Below, in pieces: positions 56,329-64,000 of a DNA stretch of 64,000 bases (its first letter is position 1; every line of letters starts with the position of its first letter). Source of the DNA: a virus. The position numbers and the translations under genes are program-made. A model generated the notes under the pieces. It saw nothing but the letters and a program-made list of their open reading frames with translations. It had not been told where the DNA came from and did not search any database. Where the stretch lies: the IMG/VR virus record IMGVR_UViG_3300042197_000370; one strand, written 5' to 3'.

Positions 56329-56918
56329 ACGGTATTATTGACCTTAATTAATTTATTATCTTTTGTTTTCATGATAATTGCTTGGTACCCTGTTAAATCA
56401 TACGGCTCGCAAAGTAATGTTGTTTTTAAAAACAAATCGACTCCTAATTTAGGAGTATTCTTTGCATTCTTTTCACTATTTCTGTTCCAACGATAATCAT
56501 CTACAATAATGAATCCACCTTTTTTTAATAATCTCTCTGCGACTAATAGTGTATAAAGATTATCACAACTATATTTGCTACCGTCAATAAAGATAAAATG
56601 ATATGCTTCTTTTTTATCCGTCAGTTTAGCCAATATATCAAATGAGTCTCCAAATAAAAATTCAAAATTTTTACTCTTAGGATGTTGTTGTAAATTTTTA
56701 TACAACGTTTTCATTTTGACACCTAAATCTATCAACGTTAGTTTACCATCCCCCATAATGTTGTCTGCTATGTATATGGCGGACCTACCTTCCCATGAAC
56801 CAATTTCAATGCAATCTAAGTTAGGACCAAACGTCTTTGTCATTTGTTCTCGCACATCATACCAACGTTTAGCACTAACGTTTAGCATATTCTCGCCATC
56901 AAAATTATATTCAATCAT
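56325..56918 (-). CDS. Class I SAM-dependent methyltransferase (Methyltransf_24-like)
   Basis: IEIGSWEGRS, FIFIDGS and LKKGGFIIVDDY motifs. Confidence 0.85.
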   Translation of the reverse strand: MIEYNFDGENMLNVSAKRWYDVREQMTKTFGPNLDCIEIGSWEGRSAIYIADNIMGDGKLTLIDLGVKMKTLYKNLQQHPKSKNFEFLFGDSFDILAKLTDKKEAYHFIFIDGSKYSCDNLYTLLVAERLLKKGGFIIVDDYRWNRNSEKNAKNTPKLGVDLFLKTTLLCEPYDLTGYQAIIMKTKDNKLIKVNNTV

Positions 56919-57814
56919 ACAGCCATGTTTGCTTTAATTTGACCATGTGAAGTGTAATTCAATAAATTGATATCCTTCATTGTAAACTTAGTAATGTCTT
57001 TAATTTCAGGATTCAATGCTAATGCAGGAGCGGCTAGTATATCTCTAGTTAGTTGTTCTTTGACTTGTTCAATATGATCATTATAGATATGTGTATCACC
57101 CGTACTAATAATTAATTCACCTACACGCAAGTCACATACTTGTGCAATCAAATGAGTGAGTAACGCATAACTAGCAATGTTAAAAGGTAAACCAAGGAAC
57201 ACATCCACACTGCGCTGGTACATATGACAAGATAGTTTTTTATCTTTGTTGACATAAAATTGGCTCATTACATGACACGGAGGTAGTGCCATTTGATCCA
57301 GTTCAGCAACGTTCCACGCACTAAGAATATGCCTACGCCCATTTGGATCTTTTTTGAGACCTTCAATTAGATTCATTAGTTGGTCCACTTCTATTCGGTC
57401 AACTGCTAAACGATTGCCACCTTTATGTGCAGGACCGTAATCCATTTCTTCTACATATTTGTTCCAATGACGCCACTGTACACCATATACACGGCCTAGA
57501 TCACCATCAAACTTTGCTTTTCGTTTCCAATAAGGTGCTAACGCATTCGGCGTCCAGATTGTGACTGTGCCTTCTTTCGTGCCATGCGTGATTTCCGCCA
57601 GTCTACGTTCATCGTTACTACCTTCAATAAACCAAAGTAACTCGCCCACACAAGCCTTCCAAGCCAACTTCTTTGTAGTGATTGCTGGAAAACCGGTATT
57701 AAGGTCAAAACGAAGATGACGACCAAACACACTAATAGTGCCCACGCCAGTTCTATCATCCTTAACCTCTCCGTTCTTTAATATATCTTCTAACAGATCA
57801 TGGTATTGCTTCAT
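56915..57814 (-). CDS. thyA: Thymidylate synthase
   Basis: DRTGVGT, LGRVYGVQWR, ALPPCH and YQRSVDVFLGLPFNIASY motifs; start MKQYHDLL at 57814. Confidence 0.96.
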   Translation of the reverse strand: MKQYHDLLEDILKNGEVKDDRTGVGTISVFGRHLRFDLNTGFPAITTKKLAWKACVGELLWFIEGSNDERRLAEITHGTKEGTVTIWTPNALAPYWKRKAKFDGDLGRVYGVQWRHWNKYVEEMDYGPAHKGGNRLAVDRIEVDQLMNLIEGLKKDPNGRRHILSAWNVAELDQMALPPCHVMSQFYVNKDKKLSCHMYQRSVDVFLGLPFNIASYALLTHLIAQVCDLRVGELIISTGDTHIYNDHIEQVKEQLTRDILAAPALALNPEIKDITKFTMKDINLLNYTSHGQIKANMAV

Positions 57815-58263
57815 TTTCGTTTCCAAATTTGATATTCATGGTCAGGAAATACTTCATTGTAAGTCTGAACAAAATTATTCTCTAAGTATAACAAATCAAT
57901 AAATGTATCGCAAGTGTATTCGGTATACACCCTGGTTAAATGTACTTCGTGTATTTTGTGCCAACTACTATTGACTAATTGGGCACCACCAATCATCCAT
58001 GCATCATCAGTAATATCATCAATTGTCATTGTAGTGAATGCATCATATGGAAGTTTGGTCATCACTTGCGATGTAATGATAAGATTGGTCCTGTTTGGTA
58101 AAGGTTTAACTGGGAGACTTTCCCAAGTCTTACGCCCCATGACAATAATACAGTCATCAGTAAGACGTTTGAATCTTGGCAAATCGCCTTGGATTTTATT
58201 CCAAGGCAATTTGTTTTTATATCCGATCCCACCTTTAGGATCACAGGCCAATATGAGTTTCAT
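57811..58263 (-). CDS. folA: Dihydrofolate reductase
   Basis: GIGYKNKLPW, GDLPRFK, VMGRKTWESL, LPNR and IGGAQL motifs. Confidence 0.93.
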   Translation of the reverse strand: MKLILACDPKGGIGYKNKLPWNKIQGDLPRFKRLTDDCIIVMGRKTWESLPVKPLPNRTNLIITSQVMTKLPYDAFTTMTIDDITDDAWMIGGAQLVNSSWHKIHEVHLTRVYTEYTCDTFIDLLYLENNFVQTYNEVFPDHEYQIWKRK

Positions 58264-58556
58264 AGTTTATTCAGTAGACGGTCCGTTTCTGGTTGAACGG
58301 TTTCCGCAATACTTTGAACATTTAAGACAAATTCTACACTTACAACTTGATCGTCTAATTCAAATAACTTGCGACTTACTGCTTCTTCTATTTGCTCGGG
58401 TTCTAAACCCTGCTCCAACATTCTTGAGATGTTGATAGTTTGTTGCTTTTTTCCCTGTAACTTGATTATTAACTTTTTAATAAACTGTATAGGGATTTTC
58501 TGCTTCTCAACATCTTCAAGAATGTGTTCCCACTTTGCGACAAATTCAGGTGACAT
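58260..58556 (-). CDS. Hypothetical protein
   Basis: ORF track; operon context. Confidence 0.65.
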   Translation of the reverse strand: MSPEFVAKWEHILEDVEKQKIPIQFIKKLIIKLQGKKQQTINISRMLEQGLEPEQIEEAVSRKLFELDDQVVSVEFVLNVQSIAETVQPETDRLLNKL

Positions 58557-59268
58557 TTACTTTCTTGGCCCTAGTTGACTTTACTTTTTTAGTGTCTAAG
58601 GTTACGGAAGTTTTCTCCTTTACTGGTTTTACCGGATCCATAGCAGCCGCTTCCTTCAATAAACGATCTGCTTCAGCCATCAAGCCTTTTGCTTCACGGC
58701 TCATTCTTTCTGCTTGTTGACGCAAGTTATTTGCTAACTGTGAGTCACCTAGCGCATCAACTGCTCCTGCTGTTTGTACAGGTGCTCGTTGTGGTGCTTT
58801 ATTTTCTTTTAACTGTTCAGGTAGTTTGTCACCACGCATACGTCTTGCAACTTGTGCGGCATCCTGCATACCTAAACTTGCATCCATCTCAGCAAGTTTA
58901 CGTGTTGCCTCTTCACCCATTTTCATTTCATCAAGAATCTTGTTAAGTTCATTCAACTTAATTTTGACGTTAGGGGCAGGGGTCATAACGATTAATTCAG
59001 TATTGACTTTCTTCAACATTCCTTCTGAGTGTAACTTTTGAAGAATGATGTGACCATCCTTTGTATGTGTGCGATTTAGTGCATCTGCTAAATTTTCGCT
59101 ATTCTGACCAATGTCACTTTCTATGCATTTGATGAGCGGATCATGAATGTGTTGGTTAAGAATTTCTGTATACGCAACCAAACACATATGAGGTTCACCT
59201 GGCACTTCACGGAAGATAACCGCTACTTTACGGTCACCGTGTTTACCTACGTGTCTTAAAAAACTCAT
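58546..59268 (-). CDS. Conserved hypothetical protein with C-terminal coiled coil
   Basis: ORF track; GGAG RBS. Confidence 0.75.
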   Translation of the reverse strand: MSFLRHVGKHGDRKVAVIFREVPGEPHMCLVAYTEILNQHIHDPLIKCIESDIGQNSENLADALNRTHTKDGHIILQKLHSEGMLKKVNTELIVMTPAPNVKIKLNELNKILDEMKMGEEATRKLAEMDASLGMQDAAQVARRMRGDKLPEQLKENKAPQRAPVQTAGAVDALGDSQLANNLRQQAERMSREAKGLMAEADRLLKEAAAMDPVKPVKEKTSVTLDTKKVKSTRAKKVNVT

Positions 59269-59325
59269 ATTGTTTTCTCCTGTTTATGTTATTATTTAAC
59301 AGGATAGATAGGTACTAAAAAATAT

Positions 59326-59580
59326 TTAGGACCACTTCAATTCATAGAACGTTGCTTCTTGCGGATCTTCAAATGCAGGTATTTCAGTAGGAAACCCTAA
59401 CATCATTTTATCTTCAATTTCTATTGAACTGACTATGCAGAATCTACCCTGTAATGTTTCTAAAATCCATTGTTTGGATTCTTGTGTAATGGGCGTTTTG
59501 GTTACCACAAAATGGCGAGGGAAGTTTTTAACTTCCCGTTCCATGTGCCATGTGTATATGTTTACTTGGTAATCGGACAC
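59326..59580 (-). CDS. Small Trp-motif paralog
   Basis: WILETLQGRF...FEDPQEATFYELKW. Confidence 0.7.
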   Translation of the reverse strand: MSDYQVNIYTWHMEREVKNFPRHFVVTKTPITQESKQWILETLQGRFCIVSSIEIEDKMMLGFPTEIPAFEDPQEATFYELKWS

Positions 59581-59586
59581 TTCGCC

Positions 59587-59958
59587 TCACACAATAAATT
59601 TCTTTTCTTGCTTAACGTAATCACTATAAATCTTATTACCGTTCTCACGTATCCATTCTACAATGGGTTGTGGTGTGACAGCAAATACCTCACGAACCTG
59701 ATTCATAGTCATGTCAGTGCTAAAGGTATAAATTTCATAACTACGTTGAGTATTGTATCTAGCCCGCATTATCAACATTTGAAGTGGGATAGGATTTGGG
59801 GCCTTCCCTACAGGCTCATTCTTTAGTATTTTCCAAGTCTTGTCTTTTTCATAACTCTCTACTTCATTTAGTGCATCATCAACACTAAAAATGCTTTCAA
59901 GACCTAGCATGTCCCAAACAACCAAAAAGTTATTTAACTTCTTTTTTCTTGAGGGCAT
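59587..59958 (-). CDS. Hypothetical protein
   Basis: ORF track. Confidence 0.65.
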   Translation of the reverse strand: MPSRKKKLNNFLVVWDMLGLESIFSVDDALNEVESYEKDKTWKILKNEPVGKAPNPIPLQMLIMRARYNTQRSYEIYTFSTDMTMNQVREVFAVTPQPIVEWIRENGNKIYSDYVKQEKKFIV

Positions 59959-60187
59959 ATACCATCTCCAGTTTCTCTAATGCGTCATTGATAGTTGGGT
60001 CATCATCAGCCATAAACACGGCTTCTTTGAGATTAGCCCAACGCCTATTTAACTCTTGCTCTTTTTTATATACTGGATCAATATGATGTAATGTACGTAC
60101 GGTCTCTCCCATTTTACGGGAGTAGACCGTTTTACCTCCATCAGGAGATTCGTATATTACAATCTCTTCAACCCCGTTTATGATCAT
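59930..60187 (-). CDS. Small hypothetical protein
   Basis: YESPDGGKTVYSR motif; probable start near 60187; the track start is upstream, inside the VWA gene. Confidence 0.6.
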   Translation of the reverse strand: MIINGVEEIVIYESPDGGKTVYSRKMGETVRTLHHIDPVYKKEQELNRRWANLKEAVFMADDDPTINDALEKLEMVYALKKKEVK

Positions 60188-61481
60188 TGTAAATTGCAAA
60201 AGTACCGAATGGGGGATTCGGATCGGGGTCACCATGAATGATCCACGTAGTGTCGCAATAGTTTGCGTCACCCCATGAACCGCAAGGATAACCGTCAGTG
60301 AAAACAATCAATCGCTTAGGCTCAATTGCTTCACGCTTGAGATATTCAAAGATAGCATCGAAGTCAGTACCACCGCCACCGACTGGTTCGTAACTATCAA
60401 TAGTATCCATATTCTCACTAGTAAAGTTAGCAGGATTATAGATATCAGTATCAAAGCAGAACACATGGACCTTGTATCCATCGAATGCCGCCATCATACC
60501 TGCAATCTCACCCAAGAATGCCTGAGCCTGATCATTACCAATACTACCTGACATATCGATAGCAATAGTAACATCAATTTCTTCACCGGGCGTCATGCCG
60601 GGCATAATAGCATCCATGTGCCAACTACGGCGTGAAGGGCGCATCCAACTAAAGTCAGTGCGAATAGCACTAGTCAAATTAGTCTGAATCAGTTCACGCC
60701 AGGGCATGACTGGATTAGTATGTTGCTTGATCAGGCGTTCAACACCTTTAGGCAGACTGCCTGCTTCGGCTGATTGTGCGGCATTGAGAATAGCCTGCTT
60801 GACTTCCTGACGTACACGCTCACGCTCCTCGTCACTCATCTTAGGGCGCTTGCCTTTGCCCTTTTTGTCACCGTCTCCCTCATCACCGTCACCTTCGCCT
60901 TCACCGTCACCATCCATATGATCATCAATCATTTGGTCGATGAGGTCATCAATGCTAATCTTCTGAGCATTCTTCATGAGGTCATCATAGATTTCTTCGG
61001 CAGGCTTGCCATCATACTTTGATTCATACAAGCAAGGCACTGTAGTGATAAACTCACCCACCTTGTGGCGCTTCAAGTCAGCATTAACAGCATAGTCATC
61101 AGCGATGTTCCAAATCTGAGGATCACGATCACCTCGACGGCCCATGTGATCATAGACAACGTGCAACACCTCATGACCTACAAGAAATTCAACCTCTTTA
61201 GGCTTGAGCATCATAATGAAACGTGAATTGTAATAGAATTTGAGGCCGTCAGTTGCGGCAGTGCTACACCAGTCATCAGCATTTACTAGTTGCAGTCGGG
61301 TAGCGAGATTACCAAAAAACGAATGACGCAACAGTAGACCGATACGTGCGGTCACAAGACGTTCACGTGCGGCGTGATCTACCTTGGGGTCAGTAGGACC
61401 TACAAGATTTTCAAATTTCTTACTACGCTTTTTCTTAGTCTTAGTGCCGGGAAGAACATCAGACATTTTGAGAATACTCAT
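60168..61481 (-). CDS. HExxH metallopeptidase-like + VWA-domain protein (DUF2201-like)
   Basis: TAATDG, GHEVLH, acidic G/D/E linker, MIDAS DMSGS, GGGGTDF and VFTDG motifs. Confidence 0.88.
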   Translation of the reverse strand: MSILKMSDVLPGTKTKKKRSKKFENLVGPTDPKVDHAARERLVTARIGLLLRHSFFGNLATRLQLVNADDWCSTAATDGLKFYYNSRFIMMLKPKEVEFLVGHEVLHVVYDHMGRRGDRDPQIWNIADDYAVNADLKRHKVGEFITTVPCLYESKYDGKPAEEIYDDLMKNAQKISIDDLIDQMIDDHMDGDGEGEGDGDEGDGDKKGKGKRPKMSDEERERVRQEVKQAILNAAQSAEAGSLPKGVERLIKQHTNPVMPWRELIQTNLTSAIRTDFSWMRPSRRSWHMDAIMPGMTPGEEIDVTIAIDMSGSIGNDQAQAFLGEIAGMMAAFDGYKVHVFCFDTDIYNPANFTSENMDTIDSYEPVGGGGTDFDAIFEYLKREAIEPKRLIVFTDGYPCGSWGDANYCDTTWIIHGDPDPNPPFGTFAIYNDHKRG

Positions 61482-61507
61482 ATAGGCTCCTTCACTTGAA
61501 TAATGCT

Positions 61508-61536
61508 ATTATAGCATTTTGTGGTTTTAATGTCAA
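61508..61536 (-). promoter_or_regulatory. Sigma70-type early promoter
   Basis: TTGACA (61531-61536)-N17-TATAAT (61508-61513). Confidence 0.85.
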
Positions 61537-61539
61537 GCC

Positions 61540-61773
61540 TCAATTTAGTGTGCGATTTGGAGCCTGAATGTCGCGGATATTGATTTCAAGCCCATCTAGG
61601 AAGTCTTCCTTTTCCTCATCGGAAAGTTCATCAATTGAAACTGCTTGATCAAAAAACTCACCGCTCTCAACCAATTGATTGATTTCGGCAATCATGGCAT
61701 CCAATTCCTCTTGAGTGCCCTCAAAACTATCGAAACAGCCCGGTGCAAAAACAACTTTTGGTTTGTTAATCAT
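61540..61773 (-). CDS. Small acidic hypothetical protein
   Basis: ORF track; late-like ATAAATA at 61779-61785. Confidence 0.65.
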   Translation of the reverse strand: MINKPKVVFAPGCFDSFEGTQEELDAMIAEINQLVESGEFFDQAVSIDELSDEEKEDFLDGLEINIRDIQAPNRTLN

Positions 61774-61785
61774 ATCCGTATTTAT

Positions 61786-61812
61786 AAAAAGGGGGCGGGT
61801 TTCCCACGCCCC
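61786..61812 (-). terminator. Terminator of the MoxR-like ATPase gene
   Basis: GGGGCG-T-GG-GAAA-CC-CGCCCC hairpin followed by CTTTTT. Confidence 0.8.
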
Positions 61813-61821
61813 AGGAGCAAC

Positions 61822-62919
61822 TTAGTTACCTGCCTCAACAATGTACTTGCCGTACTTCTTGTGGAAGTCATCGAAGTTCTTCAACTGACTGGGTTCGATT
61901 GGCAACTTGTAAGTCTTAAGCGCAATCTTAGCACCCATAACAACCAATTCAGTCTCAAAGTTTGCCATGATGTAACTGAAAAAGTTATCAGCCATTGCAT
62001 GGAATTCTTTGTTGTTGACCTTCTTGTTATCAAGTGCATCCTTCAATTCGTAGCACATAGAAATAGTCAGTGAGTACATAGCACTGATTTCTTTGACTTG
62101 AAGGTCCTTAACCTTGCCTGACAAGATATCGCTGGGTTCGGGCATACGACCTGCAACTTTGCGGTGTGCCATAAACTTAACAGCAAGACCCTCACCAACT
62201 GCACCTGATACAAGATTGTACAATGTATCGGTATCAGAATCTTCATCATTGAGCAAATCGCTCACAAAGACCCAACTACGCGGAGTAGCAAAAGCACGTG
62301 ATGCCGACTTGTTATCGAAATCGTACAGGTCCTGCTTTGCAAAAGACAAGTAACCAACAACGTCCTTGTGAATACCTTTGTTCACAGCCCAGTTCTGCCA
62401 TGAAGTAAAATCGGCTCGCATTTCAAGGTGAACGAAACGATTAGCAAGGGGCATCGGCATACGATAAGTAACACCCTTGTCACTATCACGGTTACCTGCC
62501 GCAACAATCACAACGTTATCGGGTAGTACATACTTACCAACACGACGGTTAAGTACCAACTGATAACCTGCAGCCTGTACAGCAGGGGGTGCTGAGTTCA
62601 TTTCATCAAGGAAAAGAACAATGATGGGATATTGTGATGCCAGTTCAGCATCGGGAAGTTCGACTGGGGGAGCCCAATCCATCTTGCCTGTATCTTTGTT
62701 GTAATAAGGGATACCGCGCAAATCAGTCGGCTCCATTTGTGCCATACGCAAGTCAATCATATAGCCACCAAGTTCATCAGTGATTTCACTGACAACCTCA
62801 GACTTGCCGATACCGGGAGGGCCCCACAAGAAAATGGGACGCTTAGACTTGAATGCCTTCAATACTGCCTTACGGGCTTGAACGCTAGTAATAGTTAGAT
62901 TGTCTGAAACTTTGCTCAC
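61822..62919 (-). CDS. MoxR-like AAA+ ATPase
   Basis: WGPPGIGKS, LFLDEMN, AAGNR and LANRFVHL motifs; adjacent to a VWA partner. Confidence 0.9.
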   Translation of the reverse strand: MSKVSDNLTITSVQARKAVLKAFKSKRPIFLWGPPGIGKSEVVSEITDELGGYMIDLRMAQMEPTDLRGIPYYNKDTGKMDWAPPVELPDAELASQYPIIVLFLDEMNSAPPAVQAAGYQLVLNRRVGKYVLPDNVVIVAAGNRDSDKGVTYRMPMPLANRFVHLEMRADFTSWQNWAVNKGIHKDVVGYLSFAKQDLYDFDNKSASRAFATPRSWVFVSDLLNDEDSDTDTLYNLVSGAVGEGLAVKFMAHRKVAGRMPEPSDILSGKVKDLQVKEISAMYSLTISMCYELKDALDNKKVNNKEFHAMADNFFSYIMANFETELVVMGAKIALKTYKLPIEPSQLKNFDDFHKKYGKYIVEAGN

Positions 62920-62951
62920 AATTTGCTCCTAAAAAATTTTGTGATGTTTGA

Positions 62952-62980
62952 AGTATATATGACCTTGTATTAATTGTCAA
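62952..62980 (-). promoter_or_regulatory. Sigma70-type early promoter
   Basis: TTGACA (62975-62980)-N17-TATACT (62952-62957). Confidence 0.8.
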
Positions 62981-63003
62981 CCGTGTAGTTAACAATTGGG
63001 CAA

Positions 63004-63291
63004 TTACATTGACCAGTAAGATTCACTAGCAGGGTTGCAACACCAAGGGGTGTCCGAAGCAATTTCAACATTTTTACCGGTCATAAGGTTCTTGACGATC
63101 ATGGTAGCAGGCTGAACATCGAAGCGCCAACCATCCTTCTTAGGATAGAGGACTTGGGCTAGACCATTCAGTTCACGTGAAACCGTGTCACGATCCATAC
63201 CCGAAAACGGGTACTTAGCGATAAAACGCTCACCAGACTTGCAACGCTTGTCTGCCTTAAACACACTGACTATCCAATCTTGCTTAGCCAT
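63004..63291 (-). CDS. Small conserved phage protein
   Basis: VKNLMTGKNVEIASDTPWCCNPASESYWSM C-terminus. Confidence 0.75.
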   Translation of the reverse strand: MAKQDWIVSVFKADKRCKSGERFIAKYPFSGMDRDTVSRELNGLAQVLYPKKDGWRFDVQPATMIVKNLMTGKNVEIASDTPWCCNPASESYWSM

Positions 63292-63295
63292 TTCT

Positions 63296-63354
63296 TGCTC
63301 CGTTAGTTAACTGTCAATACAAGTATTATATACCCAAACCGATTTATTGTCAAA
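63296..63354 (-). repeat. Early promoter cassette E
   Basis: TTGACA (63348-63353)-N17-TATAAT (63325-63330); leader nearly identical to cassette A; AACGGAGC RBS. Confidence 0.85.
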
Positions 63355-63607
63355 TTTGGGTATTCAGACGCTGCCGAGCAGCACCAGCAAATTGGCTGAT
63401 GTTTCCGCACTTATCTTCCCAGCGAAGCAGGCTGCGGCAAGTGTATCCAATGTCACGCTTGCTAAAGCATTTGGCTTCTTGGTTCAGAACACCGTTCGTA
63501 AAAATACGGCAGTGATAAACACCATTGATATTACGGACGGTAACTTCATGCTCAACATCACCGAGCAAAAGATGCTGTATCCGCAACACTTGCACATAGC
63601 GTTCCAT
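63350..63607 (-). CDS. Small hypothetical protein
   Basis: Probable start MERYVQ at 63607 after GGAGG; stop lies inside the -35 box of cassette E. Confidence 0.7.
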   Translation of the reverse strand: MERYVQVLRIQHLLLGDVEHEVTVRNINGVYHCRIFTNGVLNQEAKCFSKRDIGYTCRSLLRWEDKCGNISQFAGAARQRLNTQI

Positions 63608-63610
63608 GAT

Positions 63611-63701
63611 TACCTCCGTTATCTGACTGTCTAAGCCTCTATTATATGCCCAAATTGATTTATTGTCAAGCCTTAAAAAGTCGTTTAAAATCAACAACTT
63701 A
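63611..63701 (-). repeat. Early promoter cassette C
   Basis: TAAGTTGTTGATTTT motif; TTGACA (63664-63669)-N17-TATAAT (63641-63646); AACGGAGG RBS. Confidence 0.85.
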
Positions 63702-63707
63702 CAGAGC

Positions 63708-63968
63708 CTATTCTGTGAGGGCCAATACTAAAAGTAGTTTTTCGAACCTATCTATAGCATCAATTAGGTCTTGTTTTTGGGCAAGATATCTAGCATCTTT
63801 ATGTGTCTGTCTCACTAACACTTCTGCCTTACCCAATTCACGAACCATACTTTCTAGGTTTTTGTGAATTCTATGTAAGTCAGAATTATAACGGAAACGT
63901 TTCATCTCCTTGTATAACTCATCCGCTACCCTGCTGGCTTCTAATGCAGAATTGAATTCTCTTGCCAT
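63708..63968 (-). CDS. Small hypothetical protein
   Basis: ORF track. Confidence 0.65.
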   Translation of the reverse strand: MAREFNSALEASRVADELYKEMKRFRYNSDLHRIHKNLESMVRELGKAEVLVRQTHKDARYLAQKQDLIDAIDRFEKLLLVLALTE

Positions 63969-64000
63969 TTTAAAATAATGGTTTAGTGTAATCGTAAAAT

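Noticed and set aside
42196-57814. Introns or inteins in recA, terL or thyA (common hosts in T4-like phages)
   Set aside because: All have ordinary lengths and continuous conserved motifs.
59519-59537. Perfect hairpin GGGAAGTT-TTT-AACTTCCC
   Set aside because: It lies inside a CDS (REVKNFP) and has no U-tract; chance or mRNA structure of unknown relevance.
1-64000. Stop-codon reassignment or tRNA genes
   Set aside because: Core genes are intact in the standard code, and no cloverleaf with a TTCRA T-loop and acceptor stem was seen in the short intergenic gaps.

Overview
A 64-kb segment of a large, AT-rich, lytic T4-like (myovirus-type) bacteriophage genome in the standard genetic code, with most genes on the minus strand. 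Core genes: tail sheath (cut by the left edge), neck/tail-completion proteins, a 1183-aa fibre-like protein, gp41-like helicase, gp61-like primase, UvsW, UvsX/RecA, UvsY, gp32-like SSB, gp62-like clamp-loader subunit, large terminase, ThyA, DHFR, dNMP kinase, MazG, Nudix and a spanin-type lysis pair (suggests a Gram-negative host). Transcription signals are biphasic: sigma70 TTGACA-N17-TATAAT promoters and T4-late-like ATAAATA promoters. No tRNA, rRNA, CRISPR array, integrase or IS was seen. Most notable observations: (1) a 196-aa internally deleted DnaE (Pol III alpha)-like protein that keeps all three catalytic Asp motifs, next to a stand-alone DEDD exonuclease; (2) two islands of small early genes separated by repeated promoter-RBS cassettes, some with an upstream stem-loop (PeSL-like), where gene stop codons lie inside the cassette; (3) a candidate structured leader RNA before a virion gene; (4) an expanded family of small Trp-motif paralogs; (5) dispersed paralogous glycan/small-molecule-modifying enzymes and a radical SAM-dioxygenase fusion; (6) a duplicated gene-end remnant that marks a gene insertion. 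All family assignments come from motif recognition by eye, not database searches.
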